Shown one piece after another: positions 9,623 through 20,204 of a stretch of 64,000 nt of DNA (within the stretch, counting starts at the first letter, position 1; each line of letters starts with the position of its first letter). The stretch lies in the IMG/VR virus record IMGVR_UViG_3300043786_000977, positions 62,001 through 126,000 of that record, one strand, 5' to 3'. Made by a program: the position numbers and the translations under genes. The notes under the pieces are model-generated. The model did not search any database. It worked only from the letters and a program-made list of their open reading frames with translations, and had not been told where the DNA came from.

Positions 9623-10308
9623 TGGCAAACGATACACAGCAATGCCCCGGTTGTAATACCGACTATCCGAAAGAGAACTTCTATTACGATAGACCTGATG
9701 GTCCACGGCGCCAACGTGCGGGGTTCAAGTGCTGGAAGTGTCGAATAGCGGACGAGGTTCGGAGTGAGACATATGACGGGTGGGACTGGGCAAAGGCGTT
9801 ATTGAAATCGACACGTATGAGCCTGTACCATGACGAAGGCAAGAACAAGGACCGTGCCCGGGATCACACCACCAGTCTATCTCCTGCAGATATACGTGCG
9901 CTTATGCAATTCCAGCACGGTCGTTGTGCCTTAACATCGCACATACGCTTAGTCTATCCCGAACGTGAGGGTAGTCTGCCTAAGAATATGACCTTTGCCT
10001 GCTGGGCTAAGACCATACCGGAAGATCAACAACAGTGTACACCAGTACTGGTACGTGCCGTGAAGGCCCAGGAGTGGATGGCAGGTAACATCATGTTGAT
10101 CGCACGTGTCTACTACCCATTATATGAGTTCTATGACACCTTGGCTGATATAGGGTACGCGTTCAATCGTACGCCTGCATTGCAGGTACCCACACTACAA
10201 ACCGTAAACGAAATCAAACATCAGATTATGATGCGAATGGAGCATGTCTGGAATGAAGAAACTAAAAGGCGTATCGAAGCGTACAGCACGGCAGCCGCGG
10301 TGTCCTAA
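9622..10308 (+). CDS. Zn-finger protein with degenerate HNH-like region
   Basis: CPGC...CWKC and FQHGRCALT. Confidence 0.5.
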   Translation: MANDTQQCPGCNTDYPKENFYYDRPDGPRRQRAGFKCWKCRIADEVRSETYDGWDWAKALLKSTRMSLYHDEGKNKDRARDHTTSLSPADIRALMQFQHGRCALTSHIRLVYPEREGSLPKNMTFACWAKTIPEDQQQCTPVLVRAVKAQEWMAGNIMLIARVYYPLYEFYDTLADIGYAFNRTPALQVPTLQTVNEIKHQIMMRMEHVWNEETKRRIEAYSTAAAVS

Positions 10309-10513
10309 CCCGGCTTGTAAGAGTACGTCGATTGGGCAGCTTGACCGGATACCCGGCGTGGCTTTGATAGATACCGTTGAACCAGACGGGACGATCAACT
10401 GGGCCGGTGCGACCATAGTGTTGTGGGACGACCAGAAACCTGCGTCGGATCCGGCAGAGTGGGCTTGTGCTAAGTGTGGAAAACAAGGTCCGAGAACTTT
10501 ATTCCTGCCATGA
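10244..10513 (+). CDS. Small Zn-ribbon protein
   Basis: CPNPAC...CAKC; ATGA overlap with next gene. Confidence 0.5.
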   Translation: MSGMKKLKGVSKRTARQPRCPNPACKSTSIGQLDRIPGVALIDTVEPDGTINWAGATIVLWDDQKPASDPAEWACAKCGKQGPRTLFLP

Positions 10514-11010
10514 AACATCATGCCTACCTCTTCGTAGACGGCTCGTCGTCACGCGGTGATGATATAGGCGCCTGGGCCGCGGTGGCCGTAACCGCGAACG
10601 CCCGGCGCCTGCTCTACGGGATTGATTTCCCGACAACGATCAGTCGCTGTGAACTGCGGCCGATCATCGAAGGTATACGCTGGATCAAGGCAAACTGGGC
10701 GAAGGGTTCTGGTTACCGCGTCTGCGTTTGTTCTGACAGTGAGTACACGGTCAAGACCTTGTGCGGTATTTATCCACGTACCAAGAACACAGAGTTATGG
10801 GCTGCCTTGGACGAGGCCATCAAGGGAATGGTCGTTTCGTATATCTGGCGTGAACGCAATACGCAACCGTACATGACCTTGTGCGATGGTATCTGCGGAG
10901 CCTTGCGGCGCCGACAAATCGATCACATGAAAACGGTCGCCGCGGATCCCCGGGCACCGGAGGCAGATATGCCCGTATACGAGTTACCCGATCTGGAGAG
11001 TCACGAATGA
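10510..11010 (+). CDS. rnhA: Ribonuclease HI-like protein
   Basis: FVDGSS, RCEL, SDSEY, NTELW motifs. Confidence 0.85.
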   Translation: MKHHAYLFVDGSSSRGDDIGAWAAVAVTANARRLLYGIDFPTTISRCELRPIIEGIRWIKANWAKGSGYRVCVCSDSEYTVKTLCGIYPRTKNTELWAALDEAIKGMVVSYIWRERNTQPYMTLCDGICGALRRRQIDHMKTVAADPRAPEADMPVYELPDLESHE

Positions 11011-11315
11011 AAAAAGAAAAATGTCCCCCACACGAGATTGAACGTGTGCTGGTGTTGTCCACGGGGCACATATCAGAAGCAGACAGTAAACTGTTGGATG
11101 CAGGCACCATACCGTGTACCCGTTACGAGTATGGGTACCTGATTTATGTCGGTGAGCGCAAGGACTTACAGGAGGCGCGTGAACAACTCATCCCAACCGG
11201 TATAAGTGCAGCACTCTATTATCTGCTCCTGTTGACCGTGGATAAGAAATGCACCTGGTTGAAACTCGACCGTGATGGTCCTGTCCGGACTGACTTGCCT
11301 TTGTTTAATTGGTGA
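11007..11315 (+). CDS. DUF5983-like protein
   Basis: LSTGHI...YGY...LDRDG...LPLFNW. Confidence 0.65.
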   Translation: MKKEKCPPHEIERVLVLSTGHISEADSKLLDAGTIPCTRYEYGYLIYVGERKDLQEAREQLIPTGISAALYYLLLLTVDKKCTWLKLDRDGPVRTDLPLFNW

Positions 11316-11431
11316 CTATGGATTGTATAGTCTGCTTCTTGAGGGACCAGATTGTGGAAGACGGTAAAGGGGGCTATTGCCCTCTGTTCCGATCAAAAGA
11401 CGGAGTTACATGTATCGCAGGAGTGCACCAA

Positions 11432-11617
11432 ATGAAAGAGACCGTATATCAAAAAGCACGAGAGTTAGCCAAACGGCGGCCTGATCTTAAGGCGCAAATC
11501 AAGGACATCGTCGAAGAGATGAACGACGAGATCGCGGACGGTGGATCAGAGACACATGAGGCTGAACTCGCCTTGAGTGATCTGAATCAATTAGAACAAC
11601 CACCAGCAACTACGTAG
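11432..11617 (+). CDS. Small acidic helical protein
   Basis: AGGAG RBS before ATG 11432. Confidence 0.55.
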   Translation: MKETVYQKARELAKRRPDLKAQIKDIVEEMNDEIADGGSETHEAELALSDLNQLEQPPATT

Positions 11618-11641
11618 TACAAACAAGAAACAAGGAACGAA

Positions 11642-12754
11642 ATGCACCCAGTTATAATACTTCACTCAGCGGACCTACATCTAGGGTATCGCCAATACGG
11701 TTACGCCTTACGGGAAGGTGACTTCTACAAGGCCGCGCAACAGGTGTTCGAGAAAGCGGTCGAGTATGATGTCGACGCGATCTTGTTTGCCGGCGACACG
11801 TTCGACTCTACCAAGCCATCGGCGACAGCCGTGTGGATCATGCAGGAGTTGGTAAGCTTCGTTCGTAGCCGTGGTATCCGTGTGCTCGGGATTGATGGCA
11901 ACCACGACGCGTCGGATAGCAACTGGCTTCGTATATGCGGCATCGAACCGTTAAACGATGTTGTCGCAGTCGTCAAGAGCCGGAAAGCTGTCAACGACGT
12001 GACTGCCCTCGAACTGCGTATCGGCGGTATCAACAATACCCGGCCCACTCAGTTCTATCAGCAAGTCGCGAACTATCAGACCAAAGGGCCTATACATATC
12101 CTTGCCGTGCACCAGGCGTTAGCTGAACTCACGGATTTCCCGGTGCAGGACTACACGGCACTCCAGATGGCATCCGCGCTGAAGCCGTTGGGTGTAAAAT
12201 ACGTCGCCTTGGGTGATATCCACGTATATCGGGAGACTGTTATCGGCGGCGTTCGGTTCGCATATCCTGGATCTACGGAGGTAAACGCGGTCGACGAACC
12301 AAAGGATAAAACTGCATCCCTGATCACATACGATGGTGAACAGATTTCAACGGCTATGATTCCGTTGAAGACACGTCCGTTTATCACATGCTCACTTGAG
12401 AATGATGCCGATGTTGATCGCATCGTGGCTCAGACGACGGTGAAAGCCGGTGACGATACGCCGTTTGTCGTCGGATGGTATAAGGCTGACAAGCGTGATA
12501 TCGCAAAGCGGGTCGAGGATATACTGAGGATGTCAAATGTAATGTACCGGATTACACCGTATGCTGGCGAACAGAACACGTTGCAGGCCACAGCCACTTA
12601 CGAACGGCGCGGCGCCTTGCTACAACTCAACGAAGCGGTCTCTGCATTCTTTGAGGAAAAGACAGACGAATCTGAACTGGTCTTCCAGTTTCTTGGGGCT
12701 CCCGACGATGTACGTAACACAGCACAACGATATGCAAAGAGCAAAGGACTATAA
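11642..12754 (+). CDS. sbcD: Mre11/SbcD-like nuclease
   Basis: DLH, AGD, GNHD, GDIH, YPGS motifs. Confidence 0.93.
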   Translation: MHPVIILHSADLHLGYRQYGYALREGDFYKAAQQVFEKAVEYDVDAILFAGDTFDSTKPSATAVWIMQELVSFVRSRGIRVLGIDGNHDASDSNWLRICGIEPLNDVVAVVKSRKAVNDVTALELRIGGINNTRPTQFYQQVANYQTKGPIHILAVHQALAELTDFPVQDYTALQMASALKPLGVKYVALGDIHVYRETVIGGVRFAYPGSTEVNAVDEPKDKTASLITYDGEQISTAMIPLKTRPFITCSLENDADVDRIVAQTTVKAGDDTPFVVGWYKADKRDIAKRVEDILRMSNVMYRITPYAGEQNTLQATATYERRGALLQLNEAVSAFFEEKTDESELVFQFLGAPDDVRNTAQRYAKSKGL

Positions 12755-12756
12755 AC

Positions 12757-13206
12757 ATGAAAACGGCCACAATGTACGTAGCCGGTGATGGTACTCGGTT
12801 CGATACTAAAGCCCAGTGCCTTGCGTATGAGAAGCTGCTGGGTGCGATCGACGCAGCCTTCCGCGATTGTCCGCAACGTCCCGAAGACCCGCACTGTAAC
12901 TTCGCAAACGGGGGCGGGTACCTTCAGTGGACACAAGGACAACGCATACGATGTGAACGGGCGCTGCGTAAACTAATGGTTAAGCAGGTACCTAAATCCA
13001 TCGGTAACGCAATGACCATTAGTCTGGGTATGCTCTGCCGCGTGGCAGACGATAGCGGGTCGCCATTGTATAGTGCGTTGTTACGCCTCTTTCACCAGGA
13101 TGAGAAGTTGCGTGAATGGGGTCAGGGTTACTACGCCATGAATCCATTCGCAGGTAAACAACAGGAATACAAGGAAGAACCAGAACCAAAGAGGAAACAG
13201 GTATGA
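12757..13206 (+). CDS. Hypothetical protein
   Basis: YVAGDGTRF...CLAYE N-terminus common in phage proteins. Confidence 0.6.
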   Translation: MKTATMYVAGDGTRFDTKAQCLAYEKLLGAIDAAFRDCPQRPEDPHCNFANGGGYLQWTQGQRIRCERALRKLMVKQVPKSIGNAMTISLGMLCRVADDSGSPLYSALLRLFHQDEKLREWGQGYYAMNPFAGKQQEYKEEPEPKRKQV

Positions 13207-13496
13207 GTTTAACCCCTGAACTTAAACATCAACTCTACGCGTTGCGGCGCGAAGATATTGAGGAGGCGTGGGATATCCTGCGCAAAGCGACCGTCAAGTT
13301 ATCACAAGCAGCGACATTGAGTTTCCAGCGAGGACAGAAAGTCCTGTGGGATTCACGGCGTAAGGGTGAAACCGTGCACGGAATTGTCAAGAAAGTCAAT
13401 CAACGTACCGTTACGGTTGAGGTACAACCCGGCGGTGCAGTGTGGCGTGTATCCGCAGATATGTTACGGTTGGATGAAGGAAAGGAAAAAGGATGA
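13203..13496 (+). CDS. SH3-like barrel protein
   Basis: GQKV...GIVKKVNQRTVTV...WRVSADML. Confidence 0.6.
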   Translation: MSLTPELKHQLYALRREDIEEAWDILRKATVKLSQAATLSFQRGQKVLWDSRRKGETVHGIVKKVNQRTVTVEVQPGGAVWRVSADMLRLDEGKEKG

Positions 13497-14056
13497 AACG
13501 AGAATTATTTCAAGATCTCATGAAGGTACACAAGACACTTACCGGCGTTAAAGCAGTAACGTGGAAACAAGGTCAGATCGGTGTAAACCTGTGGTCCTTG
13601 CTCGGTAACGTAATGCTTCAACACGCGACCAAGGCGGAGATTGCTGAGATGGTCGAAGCGGGTATTCTGTCCTCACGTGAGGCTAAACAACGCCCGTCTG
13701 CGGTTGCGCAGCCCCGTAAAGTGAAAAGCGTGCGTGTACCCGCAGGCACGAAGTTACCGCCCGACGCGTTCGTGTGCGTGCTGGGTCCGTACGGGACTGA
13801 GGTAGCAGCGAAGAGTGACGTAGAGCAGTTCAAACACCCGCAGGTGTTTCTGTATCGTTCGGCCATCTTCCCCAACCCGACGAATTTCCGGGTAAACGCT
13901 TCTGTACTGGAGGCAGTCGTCGTGAAGAACGCAGGTTCTAATCTGTTGTATCCGTTTGGAATCCGTTTAACAATCAAGGTAACGGGTGCAGTAGACCGTG
14001 TGCAGTCCTGGATTACGGAATTCAAGAACCGAACTCGCATGCTTACCATGCTGTAA
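13493..14056 (+). CDS. Hypothetical protein
   Basis: ATGA-coupled ORF. Confidence 0.6.
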   Translation: MKRELFQDLMKVHKTLTGVKAVTWKQGQIGVNLWSLLGNVMLQHATKAEIAEMVEAGILSSREAKQRPSAVAQPRKVKSVRVPAGTKLPPDAFVCVLGPYGTEVAAKSDVEQFKHPQVFLYRSAIFPNPTNFRVNASVLEAVVVKNAGSNLLYPFGIRLTIKVTGAVDRVQSWITEFKNRTRMLTML

Positions 14057-14095
14057 TTGATCACGTCATAACAGTAGATAAAGGAACACTGGAAG

Positions 14096-16279
14096 ATGAT
14101 ACTCAAAAGATTGAAACTCAGGAACTATCGTCAACACGCGGACCTCGACATCAAACTCGAAGGGACGATAATAGCGGTAGTCGGATCCAACGGTTCAGGT
14201 AAAAGTAACCTGCTTGGAGCTATTCAGTATGCATTTACTGGAGAGCAAACCGGATTCAAGAAAGCCGAACTCTTACGTTGGGGTACCAGCGAGGGTGAGG
14301 TAGTCGTCGAATTCGACCACAATGGCACTGTTGGTGAGATCAGCAGGTCCATTCATAGCTCCAGTGCATATCTGCGCTACGGAACCGAAACGTTTCGTGG
14401 TTCCGCAGCTGTGACAGATGCGCTACGTCTGCATCTCGACCTGGATAAGGATCTGATGAAGCAGGCGGTATTCGTACGCCAAGCAGAGATCGATGCAATC
14501 CTATTCACGGATCCTCGGGCACGTGAACTGGCTTTCCAGCGGTTAATGGGTATAGGCGATGCGAACAAGATCCACAAGGTCTTGGGTGACGTCATAGCCG
14601 AGATGGGTGATCCGACTAACTATGACGAGCAAATCACGGACGGTAAACGGCGCTATACCGAGATGCATGCACGGCTTCAAGGGCTGCAGGCAGAGGTACA
14701 GGCGATGACAGCCAAACGGTCAGAGATACCCGGTCTGGATGTCATCAAGGCGCAGATTACACGATTCGCAGTACACGCTGATGCTGTGTTGAAGTTTACA
14801 CAGGCTCGTCAACAGTTAACGGTGCAGGATCAGGCCGTAGCAGCAACGAAACTGCAGTTGGATGCCTTACCGCCTATCACGGGAGATATCGCGACGTATG
14901 ACCATCAGATTGCTGCGTTACAGCAGCGGTGGGCGGCGGCATTACGGTATCAGGAAGCACACGCAGCCTGGCAGAAGGCTGGTGAGGCCGTACTGGCACT
15001 GGGGACTCAACCCGTGGCACCGGAACAACTGCAGCAGGCCAAGGCTGCATATGATCAGGTAACCGCAGAAATCAACAGAATCCTGGGTAGGCATAAGCTA
15101 CACAAGGATCTGTTGACTGCGTTGGGTGCAGCACAGGCGTGTGCCGAGTGTCCAGTCTGCGGCAGTCCAATTACCGACATCAAACAACTACAGAACCGCC
15201 TAACAACGATCCTGCAAACGATTGAAGGTGAAGGTAAGACGTTACGGGATACACAACAACAGGCGGGAACGACAAAGGCACAGATGGAGCGGGCGGACGC
15301 TACGTTCCAGCAACAGTATGCCCAGCTGAGTGGGCAGCTCGCACAGGCAACGCAGTATCTGCAGCGGCAGACGGTTACAACCGATGACATGCAGGCATTA
15401 CAGGCGGAGCTCGCAAGACTGACAGCAGCTCGTCAGGCACTGATCAATCTGATCACTACACGCACCTCTGCTGAGACCGCCTATCAACAGCGTATGCTCG
15501 CATGTAAGGATTACGAGCAACGGTTACGCAGTGCTTACGAGAACGCGACGACCGTCGGTGTCACAGAACAAATGTTGGCTGAGGATGCTCAGACAGTCGT
15601 TCAGGGACTACGTACAGCGAGTGCTTCGTGGGAACAAGCGCAATCAGTACTTCAGGGGCTGGATACAGATTTGGCACGTTTAGATGGTACGGTAAAAGAG
15701 TTATCCGGAACATTGGCCACACTCGATAAGACCATCGCTGGTCTTGAATACAAACGGTCGACACAGCAAGTTCATCGCGATGTTGTGGCAACAATGACCC
15801 GAGTCCGGGATTGGTTCCATTACGGTAACGGCCCACATACTCTGTCATCCAGTGTATTGGGCGCAATGAACCAGGACGTGAATAAGTTCCTGGGACAGTT
15901 TACGGCACCGTTTACGGTAGAACCGTCCAGTGACTCTCTGGGTTTCCGTTGTCACTTCACGGATGGCCGTATGCTGCCTCCTGATGGTGCCCCGGATGCC
16001 ACTATGCTGTCCGGCGGTCAGAAGATACAGTTAGCAATTGCATTCCGCTTTGCGGCTTATTGTATGTTTGCGTCGAAACTGGGCTTGCTCAGTCTTGACG
16101 AACCCACAGTGTATCTGGATTCTAATAACGTGGGTCGGTTTTGTGATCTGCTTCAACAGATCAAGCGCGTCGCGCAAGGTATGAACCTACAGGTGCTTAT
16201 TGCCACGCATGAACGTGGTGTAATACCATTCGTAGATACAGTGATTGATCTATCAAACAACGATACAGTTAACAAGTAA
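14096..16279 (+). CDS. sbcC: Rad50/SbcC ATPase
   Basis: GSNGSGKS, coiled coil with CPVC zinc hook, LSGG, LSLDEPT, ATH. Confidence 0.95.
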   Translation: MILKRLKLRNYRQHADLDIKLEGTIIAVVGSNGSGKSNLLGAIQYAFTGEQTGFKKAELLRWGTSEGEVVVEFDHNGTVGEISRSIHSSSAYLRYGTETFRGSAAVTDALRLHLDLDKDLMKQAVFVRQAEIDAILFTDPRARELAFQRLMGIGDANKIHKVLGDVIAEMGDPTNYDEQITDGKRRYTEMHARLQGLQAEVQAMTAKRSEIPGLDVIKAQITRFAVHADAVLKFTQARQQLTVQDQAVAATKLQLDALPPITGDIATYDHQIAALQQRWAAALRYQEAHAAWQKAGEAVLALGTQPVAPEQLQQAKAAYDQVTAEINRILGRHKLHKDLLTALGAAQACAECPVCGSPITDIKQLQNRLTTILQTIEGEGKTLRDTQQQAGTTKAQMERADATFQQQYAQLSGQLAQATQYLQRQTVTTDDMQALQAELARLTAARQALINLITTRTSAETAYQQRMLACKDYEQRLRSAYENATTVGVTEQMLAEDAQTVVQGLRTASASWEQAQSVLQGLDTDLARLDGTVKELSGTLATLDKTIAGLEYKRSTQQVHRDVVATMTRVRDWFHYGNGPHTLSSSVLGAMNQDVNKFLGQFTAPFTVEPSSDSLGFRCHFTDGRMLPPDGAPDATMLSGGQKIQLAIAFRFAAYCMFASKLGLLSLDEPTVYLDSNNVGRFCDLLQQIKRVAQGMNLQVLIATHERGVIPFVDTVIDLSNNDTVNK

Positions 16280-16295
16280 CGAGGACAAATAAACA

Positions 16296-18185
16296 ATGAG
16301 TAATCCAATCACAGAAGCACTCGCAAAATTTGCGGAGGCAATCAAGGCTCTAAAAGACGTTGGTATAATCACCAGCGCCGATCAGATAAGTGTACAACCG
16401 CAGGATGCGCCGGTTGCGCCACAATCTGAGGCAGCAGTAGAAGCAGCGGTTGACGCGGCGTCGGCAGCAGTCGAAACGGCGCCGGTAACTACGGCAACAC
16501 CCGTCGTACCCAAGCGCGGTTCGGGGGGTCGTTTCCTGAAGCGTGGTGAAAGCACGGCCGTGGAATCAACGGCAGCTACGGCGGCGCCCGTCGTGCCCCA
16601 ACGGGGCGCGGGTGGCCGTTTCCTGAAGCGTGATGGCAGCCAGGGAACAAGTAAGAAGATCGCAAAGGCCATTGCGAAGGCAGTATCTAAGCGTGTTATC
16701 GCGCCGGGCCTTGTCGACGACTTCGTCGCTTGGTTCTTCAAGACTCCGCAGGAGGGTCTGTACAACGTCAAGTGTGGTCAATACGAGTGTCGCTTGGGTG
16801 ATGTCGCACAGAAGACAGCACATACGCTTATCTTCCACTCGTCAGCCGCGACCGACACCTGGAATGGAACCATCCGCATCAAGAGTAAGGTCACGCCCAA
16901 GGACGCGAATAACATCATCGGTATCCGTCCGATCGACAGCAAGATCGGGGTATTCAACGCCAGTCGTCTGTTGTACGGGAATCACAATGCTGCACAATTA
17001 CGGCCGCAAGCCGCGGCCGAGAAGGCTGGTGCAGTTCCGATCCCGTTCCAGAATGTGGTTGCACGTTCGGGCGGCGCGGGTCTGGATCTATCCAAACTGG
17101 AGATCGTGGAATGGCGTGGTACGGAACGTCTGATCATTCCGCCTGTGGCGCGGGGACGTCAGTGGGTTGGTGACTTCTATGTCATCCAGCGGCACTTTGC
17201 CGGAGCCATGGTTGTCCGGGTTGAGGATAAGTACTTCCTCTTCGACGCTGACCGGGAGGAACTGAATAACTTCGGATTCAACCCGTTCTTCACACAGTTG
17301 CCTGGGCCGGCCAGTACGGTGGCTGAGGCATACGAACTGTTGATGCCCGAAAGCGTCAAGCAGGCACTGAAGGAAGGTCGCGATGTTAAACGGCAGGGCG
17401 AGTTCTTCTTTATTCCGTTGACTCATAACGAGATCATGGCTTACGTGGTAGGCGATACCGTGGATCCTGTATCCGATCACAAGACCGTCTATTCATTCAT
17501 GGACGTGGAACGGCGGCTTAACGACGTGGGTGCAGCACACTTCAACTGGTTGCAGCACGGGCGCCTGTGTGAAGTCAATGACTTCATCGAACGGTGTAAT
17601 GAACACACAGCTGGTTCGTTACCGGAAACTCCGGTTGATTCGACCCCGATGTTGCTGCCTCCCCTTGCGGATTTGTTTAAGCCGCTGACAGAACAACTGG
17701 CTCAACGGGTTGGTACGCCACTGGCTCAGGGTATGTTGGGTGATGTCGACCTGCTCGATAAGTTGGCTGTAGCGGACCGGGCAAAACGTAAAAACAACCC
17801 GTACTTCAGAGCTATGATGAGCACAATAAGCAGTCCGACATATACACATCTGTCGTTTGTTGCTTCAGACCTGGAGCGTGAGTGCCGCATAACTACCGAA
17901 CGGACGGATACTACGACTATCACACCAGTCGGTATCTACGCTCAACGGTTTGGCATTATGTTCAATATACGTATCGGTGAAACACCGAGTGCGAATGATT
18001 GGCGTCAGCGGCAGCATCGCGCCACCGCGGTGATGCAATCCAAGTACACCAAGGGTGACGTATTGGCAATCGGTGCCGTGGTGCACGAAGGACGTGAACA
18101 TGCGCCTTTGTACCTTCCGTGTTGGCACCGCATCGTATCTAATACGGCAACTAACAATTGGAGTGTGAGTGGCGACGTTGACTGA
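16296..18185 (+). CDS. Large hypothetical protein with duplicated RGxGGRFLKR motif
   Basis: Low-complexity N-terminus; KRQGEFFFIP and H...EH motifs. Confidence 0.7.
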   Translation: MSNPITEALAKFAEAIKALKDVGIITSADQISVQPQDAPVAPQSEAAVEAAVDAASAAVETAPVTTATPVVPKRGSGGRFLKRGESTAVESTAATAAPVVPQRGAGGRFLKRDGSQGTSKKIAKAIAKAVSKRVIAPGLVDDFVAWFFKTPQEGLYNVKCGQYECRLGDVAQKTAHTLIFHSSAATDTWNGTIRIKSKVTPKDANNIIGIRPIDSKIGVFNASRLLYGNHNAAQLRPQAAAEKAGAVPIPFQNVVARSGGAGLDLSKLEIVEWRGTERLIIPPVARGRQWVGDFYVIQRHFAGAMVVRVEDKYFLFDADREELNNFGFNPFFTQLPGPASTVAEAYELLMPESVKQALKEGRDVKRQGEFFFIPLTHNEIMAYVVGDTVDPVSDHKTVYSFMDVERRLNDVGAAHFNWLQHGRLCEVNDFIERCNEHTAGSLPETPVDSTPMLLPPLADLFKPLTEQLAQRVGTPLAQGMLGDVDLLDKLAVADRAKRKNNPYFRAMMSTISSPTYTHLSFVASDLERECRITTERTDTTTITPVGIYAQRFGIMFNIRIGETPSANDWRQRQHRATAVMQSKYTKGDVLAIGAVVHEGREHAPLYLPCWHRIVSNTATNNWSVSGDVD

Positions 18186-18237
18186 AGTCATTGGAATTCA
18201 AGTAGTTACAACAGTTAAATAATATTGATATTTACTG

Positions 18238-18289
18238 TTGACCTTCAACCAAATCCCTCCTATAGTAGTATAACAACACTATAGGAGGG
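18238..18289 (+). promoter_or_regulatory. Promoter embedded in an RBS-sequestering hairpin
   Basis: TTGACC-N17-TATAGT; perfect 12-bp inverted repeat CCCTCCTATAGT/ACTATAGGAGGG. Confidence 0.8.
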
Positions 18290-18292
18290 GTT

Positions 18293-19111
18293 ATGGTTAA
18301 ATGTTGTTTTCGTTGTAAGTTACAAAAACCAGTTGATGCGTTTTATAGAAATGCGCTGTCGAAAGACGGATATACGTATTTATGCAAAACCTGTTGGGAT
18401 TCACGAGCTACAACACGTAGACGGGCACGCGGAATCAAACCTGCTGTTGTCGCGACGACTACCACACAACGCCGCTGTATTAAATGTAAAACATGGAAAG
18501 TATTTACTGAATTTGAACGAGATAATTCGGATCCACGAGGTATACAACATGTTTGCCGTATATGTTCTCACTTAGCACGTATTCGTAAAGCACGCGCATG
18601 TGGGGTACACCCCGTACCTGTTATTCGAGACGGCAATGAAAAACGCTGTTCACAGTGTAAAAAGTGGTACAACCTAATAACTGGTTTCTACAAAGCATCC
18701 CGTGAACCTGATGGACGTGCTGGTGTTTGTAGATCGTGTATACGTGAAATAAACCGTAGACCTGATGCACGTTTAGCAAATAGATTGCGAACACGGATGC
18801 GTAGCGCATTAAAAAACGGCGCAAAGGCGTTTCATACGTTTGAACTTATCGGCTGTACAATAGAACAACTTAAACAACAGTTTGAACTACAGTTCAAACC
18901 AGGCATGTCATGGAAGAATCATAGCCGTAACGGTTGGCATATTGGTCACATCCGTGATTGTTGTTCGTTCGATCTCACTGACCCTGAACAACAGCGTCAG
19001 TGTTTTCATTACACCAACCTTGAGCCTCAGTGGGCCGGGGATAACTTAAGTAAACCAAGAGATAAAAAAGGAAACAACTATGGACATCAAAGCAGTAATC
19101 AAAGACGGTAA
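18293..19111 (+). CDS. Free-standing HNH-like homing endonuclease with three Zn-finger repeats
   Basis: Three CxxC-K...F...CxxC units; WHIGHIR...CFHYTNLEPQW...N..K; lower GC than flanks. Confidence 0.8.
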   Translation: MVKCCFRCKLQKPVDAFYRNALSKDGYTYLCKTCWDSRATTRRRARGIKPAVVATTTTQRRCIKCKTWKVFTEFERDNSDPRGIQHVCRICSHLARIRKARACGVHPVPVIRDGNEKRCSQCKKWYNLITGFYKASREPDGRAGVCRSCIREINRRPDARLANRLRTRMRSALKNGAKAFHTFELIGCTIEQLKQQFELQFKPGMSWKNHSRNGWHIGHIRDCCSFDLTDPEQQRQCFHYTNLEPQWAGDNLSKPRDKKGNNYGHQSSNQRR

Positions 19112-19265
19112 CATGATCATTACGTTACCGCTGAATGAAACAGCGAAGCCTTCGGCGTCCGGCAAGACGCTCGTGGTCGCCAGTACGCACGGCAACGTGA
19201 CTACGGAACTGGAAGTCAATGGTAAACCGGTAGTCCTTGGCGTTAACGCCTATATCAAGAGGTAA
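19080..19265 (+). CDS. Small phage protein
   Basis: SASGKTLVVASTHGN motif. Confidence 0.7.
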   Translation: MDIKAVIKDGNMIITLPLNETAKPSASGKTLVVASTHGNVTTELEVNGKPVVLGVNAYIKR

Positions 19266-19267
19266 TT

Positions 19268-20197
19268 ATGTCACATTTCACAGTCATGGTAATCGGGCCG
19301 AATCACGAAGCACAGTTGGCACCGTATCACGAATTCGAGTGTACAGGTCTGGACGATCAGTATATCCAGGATGTTGATGAGACTGCAGAGGTCCAGAAGC
19401 GTATCGACGAAGAGGGTCTCGCCAAGGGCTTGGAATACTACGGTCTGGAGGACCGCACGGTGACTGACATGTCGGAAGTCGACACGTCAGAGAAACACAA
19501 GTTCCGATATGCCGTGGTGAAGGACGGTAAACTGATCAAAGCCGGCAAGCGGACGAACCCGAACGCCAAATGGGATTGGTACGAGACGGGCGGGCGCTGG
19601 ACTGGTTTCTTCAGGTTGAAAGCTGGTGCCATTGGTACTTTGGGCACTCCGGGCTTATTCACGGAGGTTTGTCCGGGCACGAATAAGGCAGATGTTGTGC
19701 GTAAGGGCGATGTTGACTGGGATGGTATGCGTGATGCGACAGGACGACGTGCCGGTGAGTATTACGATAAGGTACGGAACGCCATAGCGGAAGTACTTGG
19801 CTCTGCTGATTTCAGTGCACATAAGACGTGGGAAGAAGTCTTAGGTGATCCGGATAAGCTCGGCGCCGGTGATGCTGATAAGGCCCGGACAACGTACGGC
19901 GAACAGCCCACGGTCGCGGCTTCACGGAAGTTGAAGGATCCGGAGTTGGGGTGGATCAGGGACCTAGACGGGATTCTGCGTGACACGCGTGAACAGTATG
20001 TACAGGCTGCCCGTAACGCGGCTGGTGTATCGTTTGCGATCGTCAAAGATGGTCAATGGTACCAGCGGGGTGATATGGGCTGGTGGGGTTCGGTGAGCAA
20101 CGCGAAAGACAACGATCGGTGGTACACTGAGTGTGCTGCATTGTTGGATGGTTTGCCTGATGACACAATACTGACGATAGTGGATTGTCATATCTGA
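19268..20197 (+). CDS. Phage hypothetical protein
   Basis: MSHFTVMV...NPNAKWDWY..GGRW...VDCHI pattern. Confidence 0.75.
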   Translation: MSHFTVMVIGPNHEAQLAPYHEFECTGLDDQYIQDVDETAEVQKRIDEEGLAKGLEYYGLEDRTVTDMSEVDTSEKHKFRYAVVKDGKLIKAGKRTNPNAKWDWYETGGRWTGFFRLKAGAIGTLGTPGLFTEVCPGTNKADVVRKGDVDWDGMRDATGRRAGEYYDKVRNAIAEVLGSADFSAHKTWEEVLGDPDKLGAGDADKARTTYGEQPTVAASRKLKDPELGWIRDLDGILRDTREQYVQAARNAAGVSFAIVKDGQWYQRGDMGWWGSVSNAKDNDRWYTECAALLDGLPDDTILTIVDCHI

Positions 20198-20204
20198 ACG
20201 AACA

